A stretch of DNA of 64,000 bases from Gammaproteobacteria bacterium. Its GTDB lineage: Bacteria; Pseudomonadota; Gammaproteobacteria; JAKEHO01. The notes under the pieces are model-generated. The model saw only the letters and a list, made by a program, of their open reading frames with translations, had not been told where the DNA came from and did no database searches. Of this stretch, positions 51,401-60,922 are shown piece after piece. The stretch's first letter is position 1. Each line of letters begins with the position of its first letter. Location of the stretch: NCBI GenBank assembly GCA_022614965.1, contig JAKEHO010000017.1:54280-118279 (forward strand), written 5' to 3'. The position numbers and the translations under genes were made by a program.

Positions 51401-52384
51401 GGGCCCCTCGGGTGTCGTCACCCAAAGTCGGTTGACATCAATGCGCCAACCTCGGCTTGCCGTCCGCAGGGCGGTGAGCTCCGCCTTCGCCTCGGTAAGC
51501 GACATCCCTGCGCCGTCAATGAGCAGGTCAAACGGCCCCGTCGCGAACTGCCCGTCGATCCTGGTGAGCGTGCCATCGCTCCACGTGGTCCAAACTTTGA
51601 GATCCATCTCACCATGTGCCATGTCGACCCCGATCCTTGCGATGTCGCGGAGCCACGGCCCTGGATGAATACCGTGCCCTTCAACATAGAGTTCCCCTGA
51701 CCATTCGGGGGTCAAGAGATCGCCATCAGCATCCAAGGCAAAGTCAAGCCGATTGCCCATGTAGCGAGGCAGTTGGGCGGATCCCTCCAGTTGCAGGCGC
51801 TTCCCTGCGCTGCGAAGTTGCAGCGAAACATTTGAAAAGGCGAGTGGTTCCTTCATGGTTTGTAAGTCGACCCAAGTCACACGTGCCTGCTCGATAGTGA
51901 GTTGTTGCTGTCGTTGCAGCCAGGCACCTAGGCCGCTGCTACCCGCAGTCCGCTTGCTTACATCGGCCTCATCGAATCCTTTAACCGTGATAGAACCATC
52001 TGGATTATGCATGAGTGACAACTGCAATCCAGAGATTGTCAAGGACCCAGGAACCAGCTCTTTTCTCAATAAGCTGCTGATGGGATCGATACTGATGTGG
52101 GCCCGTTGAAACCGTGCGATGTGTCCAGTGCCATTTTTTTCCAATAGGCTGATTTGTTGTAGATCGAGCTGCGGCCGCCAGCCTTGCCAATTAGCATTGA
52201 TAGACTCTATCTCCACCGGTTGCTCCATATAGCGGCTTACCCACTGTTGAATCTCCTCACGATACTCACTGATCCCAGGCAGCATGAGACGCACTACGGT
52301 GACAGCGATGGCGGCGAAGAGGGTAATGCCGGCGAAGGCATACCACGCCACACCAAATAAAAATTTGATTACCCGTTTGAACAT
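48467..52384 (-). CDS. yhdP: YhdP-family (AsmA-like) inner-membrane-anchored periplasm-spanning protein
   Basis: 1305 aa. Single N-terminal TM helix then a long beta-rich periplasmic region. Immediately downstream of rng, as in E. coli. Confidence 0.75.
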   Translation of the reverse strand: MFKRVIKFLFGVAWYAFAGITLFAAIAVTVVRLMLPGISEYREEIQQWVSRYMEQPVEIESINANWQGWRPQLDLQQISLLEKNGTGHIARFQRAHISIDPISSLLRKELVPGSLTISGLQLSLMHNPDGSITVKGFDEADVSKRTAGSSGLGAWLQRQQQLTIEQARVTWVDLQTMKEPLAFSNVSLQLRSAGKRLQLEGSAQLPRYMGNRLDFALDADGDLLTPEWSGELYVEGHGIHPGPWLRDIARIGVDMAHGEMDLKVWTTWSDGTLTRIDGQFATGPFDLLIDGAGMSLTEAKAELTALRTASRGWRIDVNRLWVTTPEGPWPDDEIHLQTTPMPWAGGYHLTGSIRFLKLGDIAPLLANSSGLSATIRHYLTKSAPRGELHNVQFDYRPDRLFDERLFLKMSFNDLIAGPDAGVPGISGLRGSISGTLGTGVLLLDRDPVEIQFPTWFEMPFWLNWLEGAISWTHDDDGWTLTSDTLAMRNNDMSAKLRGRLAWSGANPAPTADLVVTIEDGRLEHISRYLPKTVPDADKDWVKGAVLAGRITEGVGVWRGALNEFPFSQGQGRFQVRATIRDGVLDYATGWPQLSAIEAAIAIEGWNLTVDVTHAMVLNSEIVSAHGGIADVSAPDKVFKGQSTIKAAAADVRRFILESPLASQAIGRQVTSMDFDGTITIDLAMETPLMDEGSYAVQGQVQLAGNAVHSNRLGATFTDIEGQLEFTETRLDAKGLEGKLFDRPVHFDISTDYVEENASSELLVSGTADPAFLADQLRRFDPTLALLDERWIDGDTKWQAEITLPTDCCNAQTPGQVRLTSQLEGMTVHLPAPLGKATDEETDLTILTQIGDSTQNRFTFRYGANLSGVLELHPEPVAAAMNRIGLHLGPGTPRLPDRPGLAIDGQLPELAVSPWLDLLQANERNRGASMPYPPEAVNVDVAIARLEVLDQWLNSAKLKIAHDERGWIASIVAAEASGSITVPAAGLAAPVHAEFEKLTLATVTPPDATTRTDPRRLPALTVHCKALTYGSVELGETRLRATPVSDGLRLDELAFISPGLNILGQGDWLVVDEVQRSHVDITVEADDLGKLLNRFGYNVTSIEGGAAQLDIDASWQGAPRDFSLATMNGTLHMNVGKGRFLDIQQGVGRIFGLLSFQTLARRLSLDFDDMYQKGFPFDRIEGTFDFENGNAYTNDFVMEGPSARMGVTGRTGLIAQDYNQTVTVTPAFASSLPVASALFGPVGVGVGAAILVVGQMFKSLPDQLDNVLSHQYIITGSWDNPTVERVNAKNHEAASAPSRFIDGVNQ

Positions 52385-52400
52385 CTATAATGCGAGCACG

Positions 52401-53945
52401 CTAAAGCAAAACAATGTCGTATTGTTCCTGGGTGTAGGGCGTTTCGACCTGGAACGTAATGGGTCTGCCGACGAATTGTTCCAGTTCCGCAACGCTCCTT
52501 GATTCATCGTCGAGGAGTCGGTCAACCACTGATTGTGAGGCGACGACAAGTAATTTCTGGGCGTCATATTGACGCACCTCACGAAGAATTTCACGGAAGA
52601 TCTCATAGCACACGGTTTCTGCAGTCTTGATTTGGCTTCGGCCGTTACAGGTTGGACACGGCTCACATAGGATATGTTCGAGGCTTTCCCGTGTGCGTTT
52701 CCGCGTGATCTGCACAAGCCCTAATGAGCTTACTTCGCTTATCGTAACGTTCGAATTATCCTGCTGCAGGCTCTTCTCGAGCGCGCGTAAAACTTGCCGT
52801 CGGTGCTCAGGCTCCGACATATCGATAAAATCGACGATGATGATACCCCCTAGATTGCGTAGCCGTAATTGACGAGCGATTGCCTGCGCCGCTTCGAGGT
52901 TGGTCTTGAATATTGTCTCTTCAAGATTCCTGTGTCCAACAAATGCTCCCGTATTGATATCAATCGTTGTCATTGCCTCGGTCTGGTCTATGACCAGAAA
53001 CCCTCCGGATTTGAGCTGGACCTTTCGCTCCAAAGCCTTCTGAATTTCGTCCTCTACCATATACAGGTCCAAAATAGGACGCTCACCGGAGTAAAGTTCA
53101 ATCCGATCGACCAGATCGGGAATGAATTGTTTGGCGAATGCAAGCACGCGTTGATAGGCATCTTCGGAATCGATGCGCACTTTTTCGATGTCGGTATCGA
53201 CTAGATCACGCATGGTCCGCATGACCAACGCCATGTCTTCATACACAATACCCGGCGCAAAGGTATGTTCCGCGCGCACCATTACGGAATCCCAGAGTCT
53301 TCTCAGAAAATCCATGTCTTTGCACAGTTTGTCTTCGCTTATACCTTCCGCTGCGGTGCGAAGGATATATCCGCCGGTGTTCGAGCCGCCAACCTGCCTT
53401 GTGCTATTCGCCACAACCGCAGTGTCATCGCCCACAACGGCGAACCTACGCAGCCCAGGATGGTTGCGAAGCACAATGTCGCGCAGCCGCTCACGTTCTG
53501 CATCGTTTTCGATCTTTTGGGAAACGCCAACGGAGTGATACGCTGGCATAAAAACGAGGTAGCGTGATGGAACGGAAAGGTGCGTCGTCAATCGTGCTCC
53601 CTTGCTACCAAGCGGATCCTTAATGACCTGGACCAAAACTTCCTGGCCTTCCTTCAGGAGGGCATCGATGCTCGGGGTGAAAATCCGTGCGCGATCGTCT
53701 CCATCGATGTTGCTGGAACCCTCAACAATGTCTGAGGTGTGTAGAAATCCCGTCCGGTCCAGCCCAATGTCAATAAAGGCCGCCTGCATCCCGGGTAGCA
53801 CCCGTGAGACACTGCCCTTATAGATGTTGCCCACAAGTCCGCGTCGACCGGAACGCTCGACCAGGATTTCCTGAAGGATCCCGTTCTCTACCACTGCGAC
53901 GCGTGTCTCCTGTGGAGTCGCATTAATGAGGATTTCTTCGCTCAT
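52401..53945 (-). CDS. rng: ribonuclease G
   Basis: 514 aa. S1 domain plus the RNase E/G catalytic core (N-terminus like E. coli Rng). Lacks the long RNase E scaffold tail. Confidence 0.85.
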   Translation of the reverse strand: MSEEILINATPQETRVAVVENGILQEILVERSGRRGLVGNIYKGSVSRVLPGMQAAFIDIGLDRTGFLHTSDIVEGSSNIDGDDRARIFTPSIDALLKEGQEVLVQVIKDPLGSKGARLTTHLSVPSRYLVFMPAYHSVGVSQKIENDAERERLRDIVLRNHPGLRRFAVVGDDTAVVANSTRQVGGSNTGGYILRTAAEGISEDKLCKDMDFLRRLWDSVMVRAEHTFAPGIVYEDMALVMRTMRDLVDTDIEKVRIDSEDAYQRVLAFAKQFIPDLVDRIELYSGERPILDLYMVEDEIQKALERKVQLKSGGFLVIDQTEAMTTIDINTGAFVGHRNLEETIFKTNLEAAQAIARQLRLRNLGGIIIVDFIDMSEPEHRRQVLRALEKSLQQDNSNVTISEVSSLGLVQITRKRTRESLEHILCEPCPTCNGRSQIKTAETVCYEIFREILREVRQYDAQKLLVVASQSVVDRLLDDESRSVAELEQFVGRPITFQVETPYTQEQYDIVLL

Positions 53946-54209
53946 CCCTCGGTCTCGTCTTTTCTCACACTTCTGGACGATCAGTTGCCTATTGGTCCCA
54001 CTGGGCGCTCATTTAACCAAGATGGTGATATCTTGGCTAGAGGTGAGGGCTTGCGCCTTGGGAGTCGCGCGAAGGCCCGCTATTGGCACTTCGCCTTCCC
54101 CCAAAATGCCGCTTCTCTGGTGTTAGACAGTGTTCGAACCTACAATTCAGTGCTTAGGTGAGCAACGACGCACGATAGGCAAAAAGCAGGGCTCAGGGGT
54201 GGGTTAACG

Positions 54210-55670
54210 GTGTCGATCATGCAAGCACCTGTAGTAGATGAGCTACGCCGGATTTTATCGGCCGAGGCTGTGATTGCGGACGAGGAGTCGCTCCGAGCCT
54301 ATGAATGCGATGGGCTCTCTGCTTATCGCGCGTTGCCAGGGGTAGTGGTCCTGCCCGACACCGTCGCCCAAGTACAGCAGATCCTGCGTCTTTGCTATCA
54401 GCACCATATCCCTGTTGTTGCTCGGGGAGCGGGCACCGGTCTGTCGGGAGGTGCGCTTCCGGTACGCGGCGGACTGGTGCTGAGCCTTGCTAAATTTACG
54501 CGGGTCCTCAATATCGACCCTGTTAATCGAACCGTTAGGGTAGAGCCGGGGGTGCGCAACATCACGCTATCTGAGGTGGGCGAAGAATACGGCTTGTTCT
54601 ATGCGCCGGATCCATCATCTCAAATTGCCTGCACCATCGGTGGTAACGTCGCAGAGAATTCTGGCGGTGTGCACTGCCTGAAGTATGGCCTGACGGTTCA
54701 CAACATTCTTGCTTTGAAGGTTGTGACGATAGAAGGCGATTTACTCACCATAGGTTGCGGTGCCTTGGATGCCTCAGGCTATGATCTGCTGGCACTTTTG
54801 ACCGGATCAGAAGGCATGCTAGGCGTGATCGTTGAGGTTACCGTGAAGCTTATACCGAAGCCCCAATACGCGCAGGTGGCACTGGCTGCGTTCGATCAGG
54901 TTGAGGCCGCAGGCAGAGCCGTTGCCGCCATTATCGCGAGCGGAATTATTCCTGCGGGTCTTGAGATGATGGACCAAGCGGCGGTACGCGCCGCAGAAGC
55001 CTTCGTCCATGCCGGGTATCCGACAGGAGCGAAAGCGATCCTGCTGTGTGAGCTGGATGGCACCCCGGACGAAGTAGCGGAGGAGATGCGAGACGTTCAG
55101 GCGGTTCTCTTGGGGTCGGGTGCGGCGCACATCCAGATCGCGGCTGATGAGGCTGAACGGCAGAGATTCTGGGCCGGGCGTAAAGCCGCGTTTCCTGCAG
55201 TTGGCCGTATTGCTCGGGATTATTATTGTATGGACGGCACAATCCCAAGACGCTATCTTGCGGAAGTACTTACGCGTGTCAGCCAACTTTCGAGCGAGTA
55301 TGCGCTTCCTATAGTCAACGTCTTCCATGCGGGAGATGGAAACCTCCATCCACTCATCCTCTACGACGTCAATGCCCCGGGTGAACTGCAGAAGGCCGAG
55401 GCGCTGGGTGGCAAGATCCTGGAAGTCTGCGTGGCGGTCGGCGGCACCGTAACGGGAGAGCACGGTGTGGGCGTTGAAAAGCTCAATCAGATGTGTGTGC
55501 AGTTCAATGCCGATGAGTTAGCTCAGTTCCACGCCATCAAAACGGCTTTTGACAGCGAGGGACTACTCAATCCCGGTAAGGCAGTGCCCACCTTACGGCG
55601 TTGCGCGGAATTCGGCGCCATGCATGTACACGAGGGTATGCTTGCGTTCCCTCACCTCGAGCGATTTTAG
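54210..55670 (+). CDS. glcD: glycolate oxidase FAD-linked subunit GlcD
   Basis: FAD_binding_4 (GAGTGLSGGALP) and FAD-oxidase_C domains. An ATG 3 codons in is an alternative start. Confidence 0.85.
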   Translation: MSIMQAPVVDELRRILSAEAVIADEESLRAYECDGLSAYRALPGVVVLPDTVAQVQQILRLCYQHHIPVVARGAGTGLSGGALPVRGGLVLSLAKFTRVLNIDPVNRTVRVEPGVRNITLSEVGEEYGLFYAPDPSSQIACTIGGNVAENSGGVHCLKYGLTVHNILALKVVTIEGDLLTIGCGALDASGYDLLALLTGSEGMLGVIVEVTVKLIPKPQYAQVALAAFDQVEAAGRAVAAIIASGIIPAGLEMMDQAAVRAAEAFVHAGYPTGAKAILLCELDGTPDEVAEEMRDVQAVLLGSGAAHIQIAADEAERQRFWAGRKAAFPAVGRIARDYYCMDGTIPRRYLAEVLTRVSQLSSEYALPIVNVFHAGDGNLHPLILYDVNAPGELQKAEALGGKILEVCVAVGGTVTGEHGVGVEKLNQMCVQFNADELAQFHAIKTAFDSEGLLNPGKAVPTLRRCAEFGAMHVHEGMLAFPHLERF

Positions 55671-55708
55671 CCTACAGCCACGGGTTTCTCCGTATAACTC
55701 CTGTCCCC

Positions 55709-56779
55709 TTGCCAAGCCCAGATCAGATTCAGAAAGAACTTAAGCAGCGTGTTGAGGCGGCCTATGTTGCGGGGCAACCCCTCTGCATCCGTGGCGGCGG
55801 GACCAAGGCATTCTACGGGAGGGAAGTTGGGCCTTCACAGATGCTTGATGTCCGTTCGTATTCGGGGATTATCGCCTATGAGCCCACTGAGCTTGTGATC
55901 ACCGCCCGCGCCGGGACCACAATCGACGAGATCGAGGAGACGCTTGCTGAGAGAGGGCAGATGTTGGCCTTTGAGCCGCCCCATTTTGGTGAGGCCGCGA
56001 CCTTAGGGGGGACGGTCGCCTGTGGCCTGTCGGGCCCTCGGCGCCCCTATGTGGGGCCGCTTCGGGACTTTGTGCTCGGGATCCGGTGCCTCGCGGGGAC
56101 CGGGAAAGTGCTGCATTTCGGTGGGCAGGTGATGAAAAACGTGGCCGGGTATGACGTCTCCCGGCTGTTCGCTGGCGCCTTGGGGACGCTTGGGGTGCTG
56201 CTTGAGGTCACGCTTAAGGTGCAGCCAATGCCGAAGCTTGAGGTCACGCTCCAAGGCAAGGCGGCACTTAAGGAGGCCATCCAGTCGATGAATCGCTGGG
56301 CGGGGCAGCCCTTGCCTCTGTCCGGGTCGACCTGTGACGGGGCGTATCTGACCGTACGCCTTTCCGGTAACGGCAGCGCCGTCGAGCAGGCGCTGCGACG
56401 GCTCGATTTGGAGAGGGTGTGTGAATCGGGCGCGTATTGGCTGGCAGTTAGGGAGCAACGGCTTGCTTTTTTTGCCGATGAGGCGCCGCTGTGGCGCTTA
56501 TCCGTGCCGCCGGCCTGCAATCCCCTCGATGTGCCGGGCCGGTGGCTGCTGGACTGGGGAGGGGCGCAGCGTTGGTTGACCACCAACGCGCCCTATGAGA
56601 CCGTGCGTGCGGCAGCACGCGAGGCAGGCGGGCACGCCACCTTATTTCGCGGCGGAGATCGCCAAGGCGAGGTATTCGATCCGCTTGCACCTGCCCTCGC
56701 TCGGCTGCACCGCCGTCTCAAGGCGGCATTTGACCCCCGTGGGATCTTGAATCCCGGACGGATGTACCGTGATCTATAA
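55709..56779 (+). CDS. glcE: glycolate oxidase FAD-binding subunit GlcE
   Basis: Collinear with E. coli GlcE as I recall it (IRGGGTKAFYG...PTELVITARAGTT...GQVMKNVAGYD). There is no in-frame ATG. A TTG at about 55709 is proposed. The track ORF (from 55601) would overlap glcD by 70 nt. Confidence 0.72.
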   Translation: MPSPDQIQKELKQRVEAAYVAGQPLCIRGGGTKAFYGREVGPSQMLDVRSYSGIIAYEPTELVITARAGTTIDEIEETLAERGQMLAFEPPHFGEAATLGGTVACGLSGPRRPYVGPLRDFVLGIRCLAGTGKVLHFGGQVMKNVAGYDVSRLFAGALGTLGVLLEVTLKVQPMPKLEVTLQGKAALKEAIQSMNRWAGQPLPLSGSTCDGAYLTVRLSGNGSAVEQALRRLDLERVCESGAYWLAVREQRLAFFADEAPLWRLSVPPACNPLDVPGRWLLDWGGAQRWLTTNAPYETVRAAAREAGGHATLFRGGDRQGEVFDPLAPALARLHRRLKAAFDPRGILNPGRMYRDL

Positions 56780-56809
56780 GGCGCTATGAGGAGACGCCAT
56801 TAGTTTGCT

Positions 56810-58021
56810 ATGCAGACGGCACTCTCATGCGAGTTCAAGGATACCCGCGACGGGCAGGACGCCGATGCGATATTGCGAAGCTGTGTCCACTGCGGGTTTT
56901 GCACGGCGACCTGCCCGACCTACCAGTTGCTGGGCGATGAACTGGACGGACCACGAGGACGCATCTACCTGATTAAGGGCCTAGTGGAGGGCAAGCCAGC
57001 GGGCCGCGGCACCCAGGTTCACCTCGATCGCTGCCTGACATGCCGCGCGTGTGAGACAACGTGTCCCTCCGGTGTTGCCTACGGGCGGCTGCTGGACATC
57101 GGTCGCAAACACATCGAAGCGAAGGTGAGACGCCCATTCACCGAGCGAATCCTTCGGTACCTATTGCGCAAGACCCTTCCCTACCCACGTCGCTTTGTCC
57201 CCTTGTTGCGCCTAGGCCAGTGGCTGCGCCCGCTGCTCCCCGCGGCCCTTAGGGGCATGATCCCAGCAAAGGCGCATGCCGTTGCCTGGCAAGCTTCTTC
57301 CCATCCGCGCAAGATGCTGCTGTTTGCCGGGTGTGTTCAGCCATGGCTCACGCCCAACACCAACAGAGCCACCGCCCGCGTGCTTAACCGTCTTGGCATC
57401 CGTGCCGTTACCCCAAACGCCGCGGGTTGCTGTGGGGCCATCAGCCACCATATGGCAGCGAGTGATGAAGCGCGCGTGTTTGCGCGTCGAAACATTGACG
57501 CGTGGTGGCCTCACCTCGAGTCGGGATTTGAGGCAATTGTGTGCACGGCCAGTGGCTGTGGCGCGATGATTAAAGACTACCCAGAGCTCTTGTGCGAGGA
57601 TCCGCACTACGCAAGAAAGGCCGAGCGAATATCCGCAGTCGCACTGGATCTCTGCGAGGTGCTGGGCGAGCTTGACCTGGCTCTACTTACCATTCGCCCG
57701 CACACCCCCCGACGCATCGCCTTTCATTCACCTTGTACCTTGCAACACGCGCAACAGCTGAACGGCGTGACGGAGACATTGCTGCGACGTCTAGGCTTTG
57801 ACCTGACGCGGGTACCCAACGGCCACCTTTGCTGTGGATCCGCCGGTGTCTACTCGCTGCTGCAAAGGACGCTGTCTCAGCCGCTGCAACAGAACAAGGT
57901 CGCGGCCCTGCAATCGGATCGGCCTCAGCTGATTGCAACAGCCAATGTCGGCTGTCAGATGGTTCTGCAGCCACTAGCCAACGTGCCGGTCCGGCATTGG
58001 ATCGAGTTACTGGACCCCTAG
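56810..58021 (+). CDS. glcF: glycolate oxidase iron-sulfur subunit GlcF
   Basis: Two 4Fe-4S ferredoxin motifs (CVHCGFCTATCP; CLTCRACETTCP) plus CCG cysteine-rich domains. Confidence 0.85.
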   Translation: MQTALSCEFKDTRDGQDADAILRSCVHCGFCTATCPTYQLLGDELDGPRGRIYLIKGLVEGKPAGRGTQVHLDRCLTCRACETTCPSGVAYGRLLDIGRKHIEAKVRRPFTERILRYLLRKTLPYPRRFVPLLRLGQWLRPLLPAALRGMIPAKAHAVAWQASSHPRKMLLFAGCVQPWLTPNTNRATARVLNRLGIRAVTPNAAGCCGAISHHMAASDEARVFARRNIDAWWPHLESGFEAIVCTASGCGAMIKDYPELLCEDPHYARKAERISAVALDLCEVLGELDLALLTIRPHTPRRIAFHSPCTLQHAQQLNGVTETLLRRLGFDLTRVPNGHLCCGSAGVYSLLQRTLSQPLQQNKVAALQSDRPQLIATANVGCQMVLQPLANVPVRHWIELLDP

Positions 58022-58055
58022 GCAAGGGCCGAGCGGTATCCGACGCACCACATCC

Positions 58056-58946
58056 CTATTTGATGAACAGGATGTCATCGAACTCCTCGTCTTCGGTGCC
58101 TTCCTGCTCGATGAATTCATCAACGTCATAGTGTTCCGCCGGGGGATGACCGTCGTAGATCAAGAAAGCCCGGCGCTGACGATAGGCTTCACGCGTGAAG
58201 GTGTAGGGATCAACCGCGGCTTCATCCCGAAGCCGGGTTGCATCCAGAAGGTTTGCCCGCTTGTTGATGATGCCCACGGCGGCAACGGGGATGAGGATAG
58301 CGTTGGCGATGGAAACATAGAATAACGGGTTGGTGACGAGGGCGGTGCCATAATCGGGCGTATCCCGGACGGTGTTCGGCCCGAGCAACGGTATCACGAG
58401 ATAGGCGCCTTCGCCCGATCCCCATTTAGCCAGCGTCTGCCCGAAGTCTTCCTCATGTTTTTCGAGTCCCACAGCCGTGCCGATATCGACGAGCCCGGCA
58501 AGGCCTAACGTGGTATTGAATACGAAGCGCGTAAAATCGGCACCGGCCTGCTCGAACTTGCCCTGCAGGATGTCGTTGAGGATGACATTGAGGTAGGCAG
58601 CATTTTCATAGATGTTAGTGATCCCGGTTCGGACGAGCCGTGGTGTGATTTCAACGTAGCCCTTGGCAATGGGTTCGAGGATCGCCTTATCCAAGGTGTC
58701 GTTGAAGTTGTAGACGGGCCTGTTGACGGATTCGAGGGGGTCGTCGGAGGAGGCCGCGTCTGCTTCGATCGAACCTTCGTTGGTCGCCTCCATCCCCGCG
58801 TCCACCTCTGCCGCGTCCGGCCCGGTTGTTTGCGCACCCACAGCCTCATTTTGTCTGGATTGTGCGTATGCGAAGCCCCCGCCCAGGCAATGCAGTGCAA
58901 GCCAAAAGAAGATCGAAACTTTACGGGGTCCTTGATAACGATTCAT
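58056..58946 (-). CDS. mlaA: MlaA/VacJ outer-membrane lipoprotein
   Basis: Signal peptide with a lipobox-like Cys, then the conserved MlaA core (NRPVYNFNDTLDKAILEPIAKGY...GEGAYLVIPLLGP). Confidence 0.8.
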   Translation of the reverse strand: MNRYQGPRKVSIFFWLALHCLGGGFAYAQSRQNEAVGAQTTGPDAAEVDAGMEATNEGSIEADAASSDDPLESVNRPVYNFNDTLDKAILEPIAKGYVEITPRLVRTGITNIYENAAYLNVILNDILQGKFEQAGADFTRFVFNTTLGLAGLVDIGTAVGLEKHEEDFGQTLAKWGSGEGAYLVIPLLGPNTVRDTPDYGTALVTNPLFYVSIANAILIPVAAVGIINKRANLLDATRLRDEAAVDPYTFTREAYRQRRAFLIYDGHPPAEHYDVDEFIEQEGTEDEEFDDILFIK

Positions 58947-59043
58947 AGGGCTTCTTTACGATTGATGATGGATGAAAACACGGAAGGTGGGTGTGATGCT
59001 TCGCGCCCATCCAATTCCTTACTTGGGTCGGGTATGTTACACC

Positions 59044-59664
59044 TCACTTTGCCGCAGGTTCTTTGTATTCTTCCGTTTTCTGCTTTAGCTGCGCTAAAAG
59101 GCCGTCGAATCCTTGATCTCTAATGACTGCGGTGTACTCGGCGCGCTTCAACGACAGATCACTCACGCCGTTTGCGATCACGTTAAGGATATACCACCGC
59201 CCATCCTTCTCGCTCAGGAGATAATCCAGACTAATGACCTCGCCGTCGGTTTTCACCAATTCGGTTCGAATCACTACACGTCCACTCTCTAATTGCTCTT
59301 TGCTGACCGGTCTAAACGTTTCTCCGTTGTACCCATCGAACTGTGAGGCAGCCGCAGCAATGCCGTAATTAACGAAGGTCTTTATGAATTCCGACTTCTG
59401 CTCATGATCAAGCGTACTCCAGTATTTCCCCAAGACGAGCCTGCTGATGTAGGGCACGTCAAAGCTCGACGTCAACACCGGTGCAAGCTGATCGTAACGC
59501 CCGGTATAGCCGAGCGCTGTGGCGTGCTGCATGACATCGAGCAGAGTCGATTGGAGCTTGGTGACAACGGCATCGGCAGCGTCATCCGGACCTGCCTTGC
59601 ATATTGCTGGCGCTAGCGAAACCCAAAGAAGGGTAGTCAGCAAGGCCTTGAGCAGGGCTTTCAC
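59044..59664 (-). CDS. MlaC/Ttg2D-family periplasmic lipid-binding protein (HpnM-like by context)
   Basis: 206 aa. Signal peptide plus the MlaC/Tgt2 fold (YISRLVLGKYW). Lies between mlaA and hpnI. Confidence 0.6.
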   Translation of the reverse strand: MKALLKALLTTLLWVSLAPAICKAGPDDAADAVVTKLQSTLLDVMQHATALGYTGRYDQLAPVLTSSFDVPYISRLVLGKYWSTLDHEQKSEFIKTFVNYGIAAAASQFDGYNGETFRPVSKEQLESGRVVIRTELVKTDGEVISLDYLLSEKDGRWYILNVIANGVSDLSLKRAEYTAVIRDQGFDGLLAQLKQKTEEYKEPAAK

Positions 59665-59794
59665 CGTTGTGTCAGTCCCCTGACGTTATAGTTGTGGATA
59701 CCGCGCTTTTTATCAACATAGCCTATTTTGCCCCGTGCCGACATTTGGGCACAAATCCAGATCGCAGCGGATTCGGGGGGTAGGCTCGGGCGCA

Positions 59795-60922
59795 TCATCG
59801 CTCATCGGCCATCTCCGCATAAGTTCGGCCCTTCCACTTCGCCCCGGCGCCGCTCCAGTGCCGGATCGCGGAAGTCCATGTCATGGCGAGGTAGAGGATG
59901 CCGATGACGGGCATCCACAAGGCCCATGCGGCCGGTACACCGTAGTAGTTGAGCGTCGGCAGGTAGCTCACTGCCATGGCGGTCACCGTCGCAACGGACA
60001 GTGCCCGTGCGCCACCGGAAGGGAAGAAAAGGCCGAGCGCGGGTAAGGCGAAGCTGGCCAACAGCGTCAGTGTGCATACCGCAAGCAGCAGCGTCGAATG
60101 ATGCAACTGAGTATAGGCGGTACGGGCCACCGTATCCCAGATGGTCGAAAGGCGCTCGTAGGGGCGAATACTTTGCACCGAATGGGTAAGTCCGATCCAG
60201 GTCTTGCCACCCTCTGCCTTGATGCGGTGAGCCAGCGCACAGTCGTCGATCAATTGTCCCTTGATGGCATGGAAACCACCTATCTTAGCGAGGATTTCCG
60301 ATCGGACCAGAATGCAGCCGCCTGCCGCAGCGGCGACGGAACTCGATCGAGAGTTAGACAAACGGAAGGGATATAGCAATTTGAAAAAGTAGATGTAGGC
60401 GGGCATCAAGAGCTTCCCCCAGAACCCTTCCATTCGAAGTTCAGCCATGAGCGATACAGCGTGGAGATGCTCTGATTCCAGTTTGTCTTGCAGCCTCGCC
60501 AGGATGCCCGGCTTAAGTTCAATGTCGGCATCCATTAGCAGCGTAAATCGGGTATTGACATGTCCTCGCCCCTGTTCCAGCGCCCAAAGCTTGCCGTTCC
60601 AGCCGTGGGGGATCGGCTTGCCAGCAACAATCTGCAAACGGTGCAGGTGAAGACTGCGCGCCGCCGAGGCCGTCTCATCATTTGATTGATCGTCGATCAG
60701 AATGATCTGAAGGTTCGATCCCTGCCGGGCGAGGGCCGGTAGTGTGGTCTGAATGGTGCTGGCCTCATTCCTTGCGGGGATGAGGGCAGTAATGTCGCTT
60801 AGATCCGGATCAATCCCGGGATCTGCGTCCAATGACTCATCGGTGCTCCAGAGCCGCCACGGCAACATCAGGATGCCGAACCAGATCAACGCGCCGGGTA
60901 AGAGCAGATAGAGCCACGCCAT
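59795..60922 (-). CDS. hpnI: hopanoid-associated family-2/21 glycosyltransferase, HpnI-like
   Basis: N-terminal TM, GT-A core (ALIPARNEASTI; IILIDDQSNDET) and a multi-TM C-terminus. Immediately downstream of hpnH. Confidence 0.55.
   Translation of the reverse strand: MAWLYLLLPGALIWFGILMLPWRLWSTDESLDADPGIDPDLSDITALIPARNEASTIQTTLPALARQGSNLQIILIDDQSNDETASAARSLHLHRLQIVAGKPIPHGWNGKLWALEQGRGHVNTRFTLLMDADIELKPGILARLQDKLESEHLHAVSLMAELRMEGFWGKLLMPAYIYFFKLLYPFRLSNSRSSSVAAAAGGCILVRSEILAKIGGFHAIKGQLIDDCALAHRIKAEGGKTWIGLTHSVQSIRPYERLSTIWDTVARTAYTQLHHSTLLLAVCTLTLLASFALPALGLFFPSGGARALSVATVTAMAVSYLPTLNYYGVPAAWALWMPVIGILYLAMTWTSAIRHWSGAGAKWKGRTYAEMADER

Noticed and set aside
59044-59664. Calling this gene hpnM outright.
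   Set aside because: The MlaC/Ttg2D fold alone cannot distinguish housekeeping MlaC from HpnM. Context supports HpnM but sequence-level proof is lacking, so it is kept as MlaC-family.
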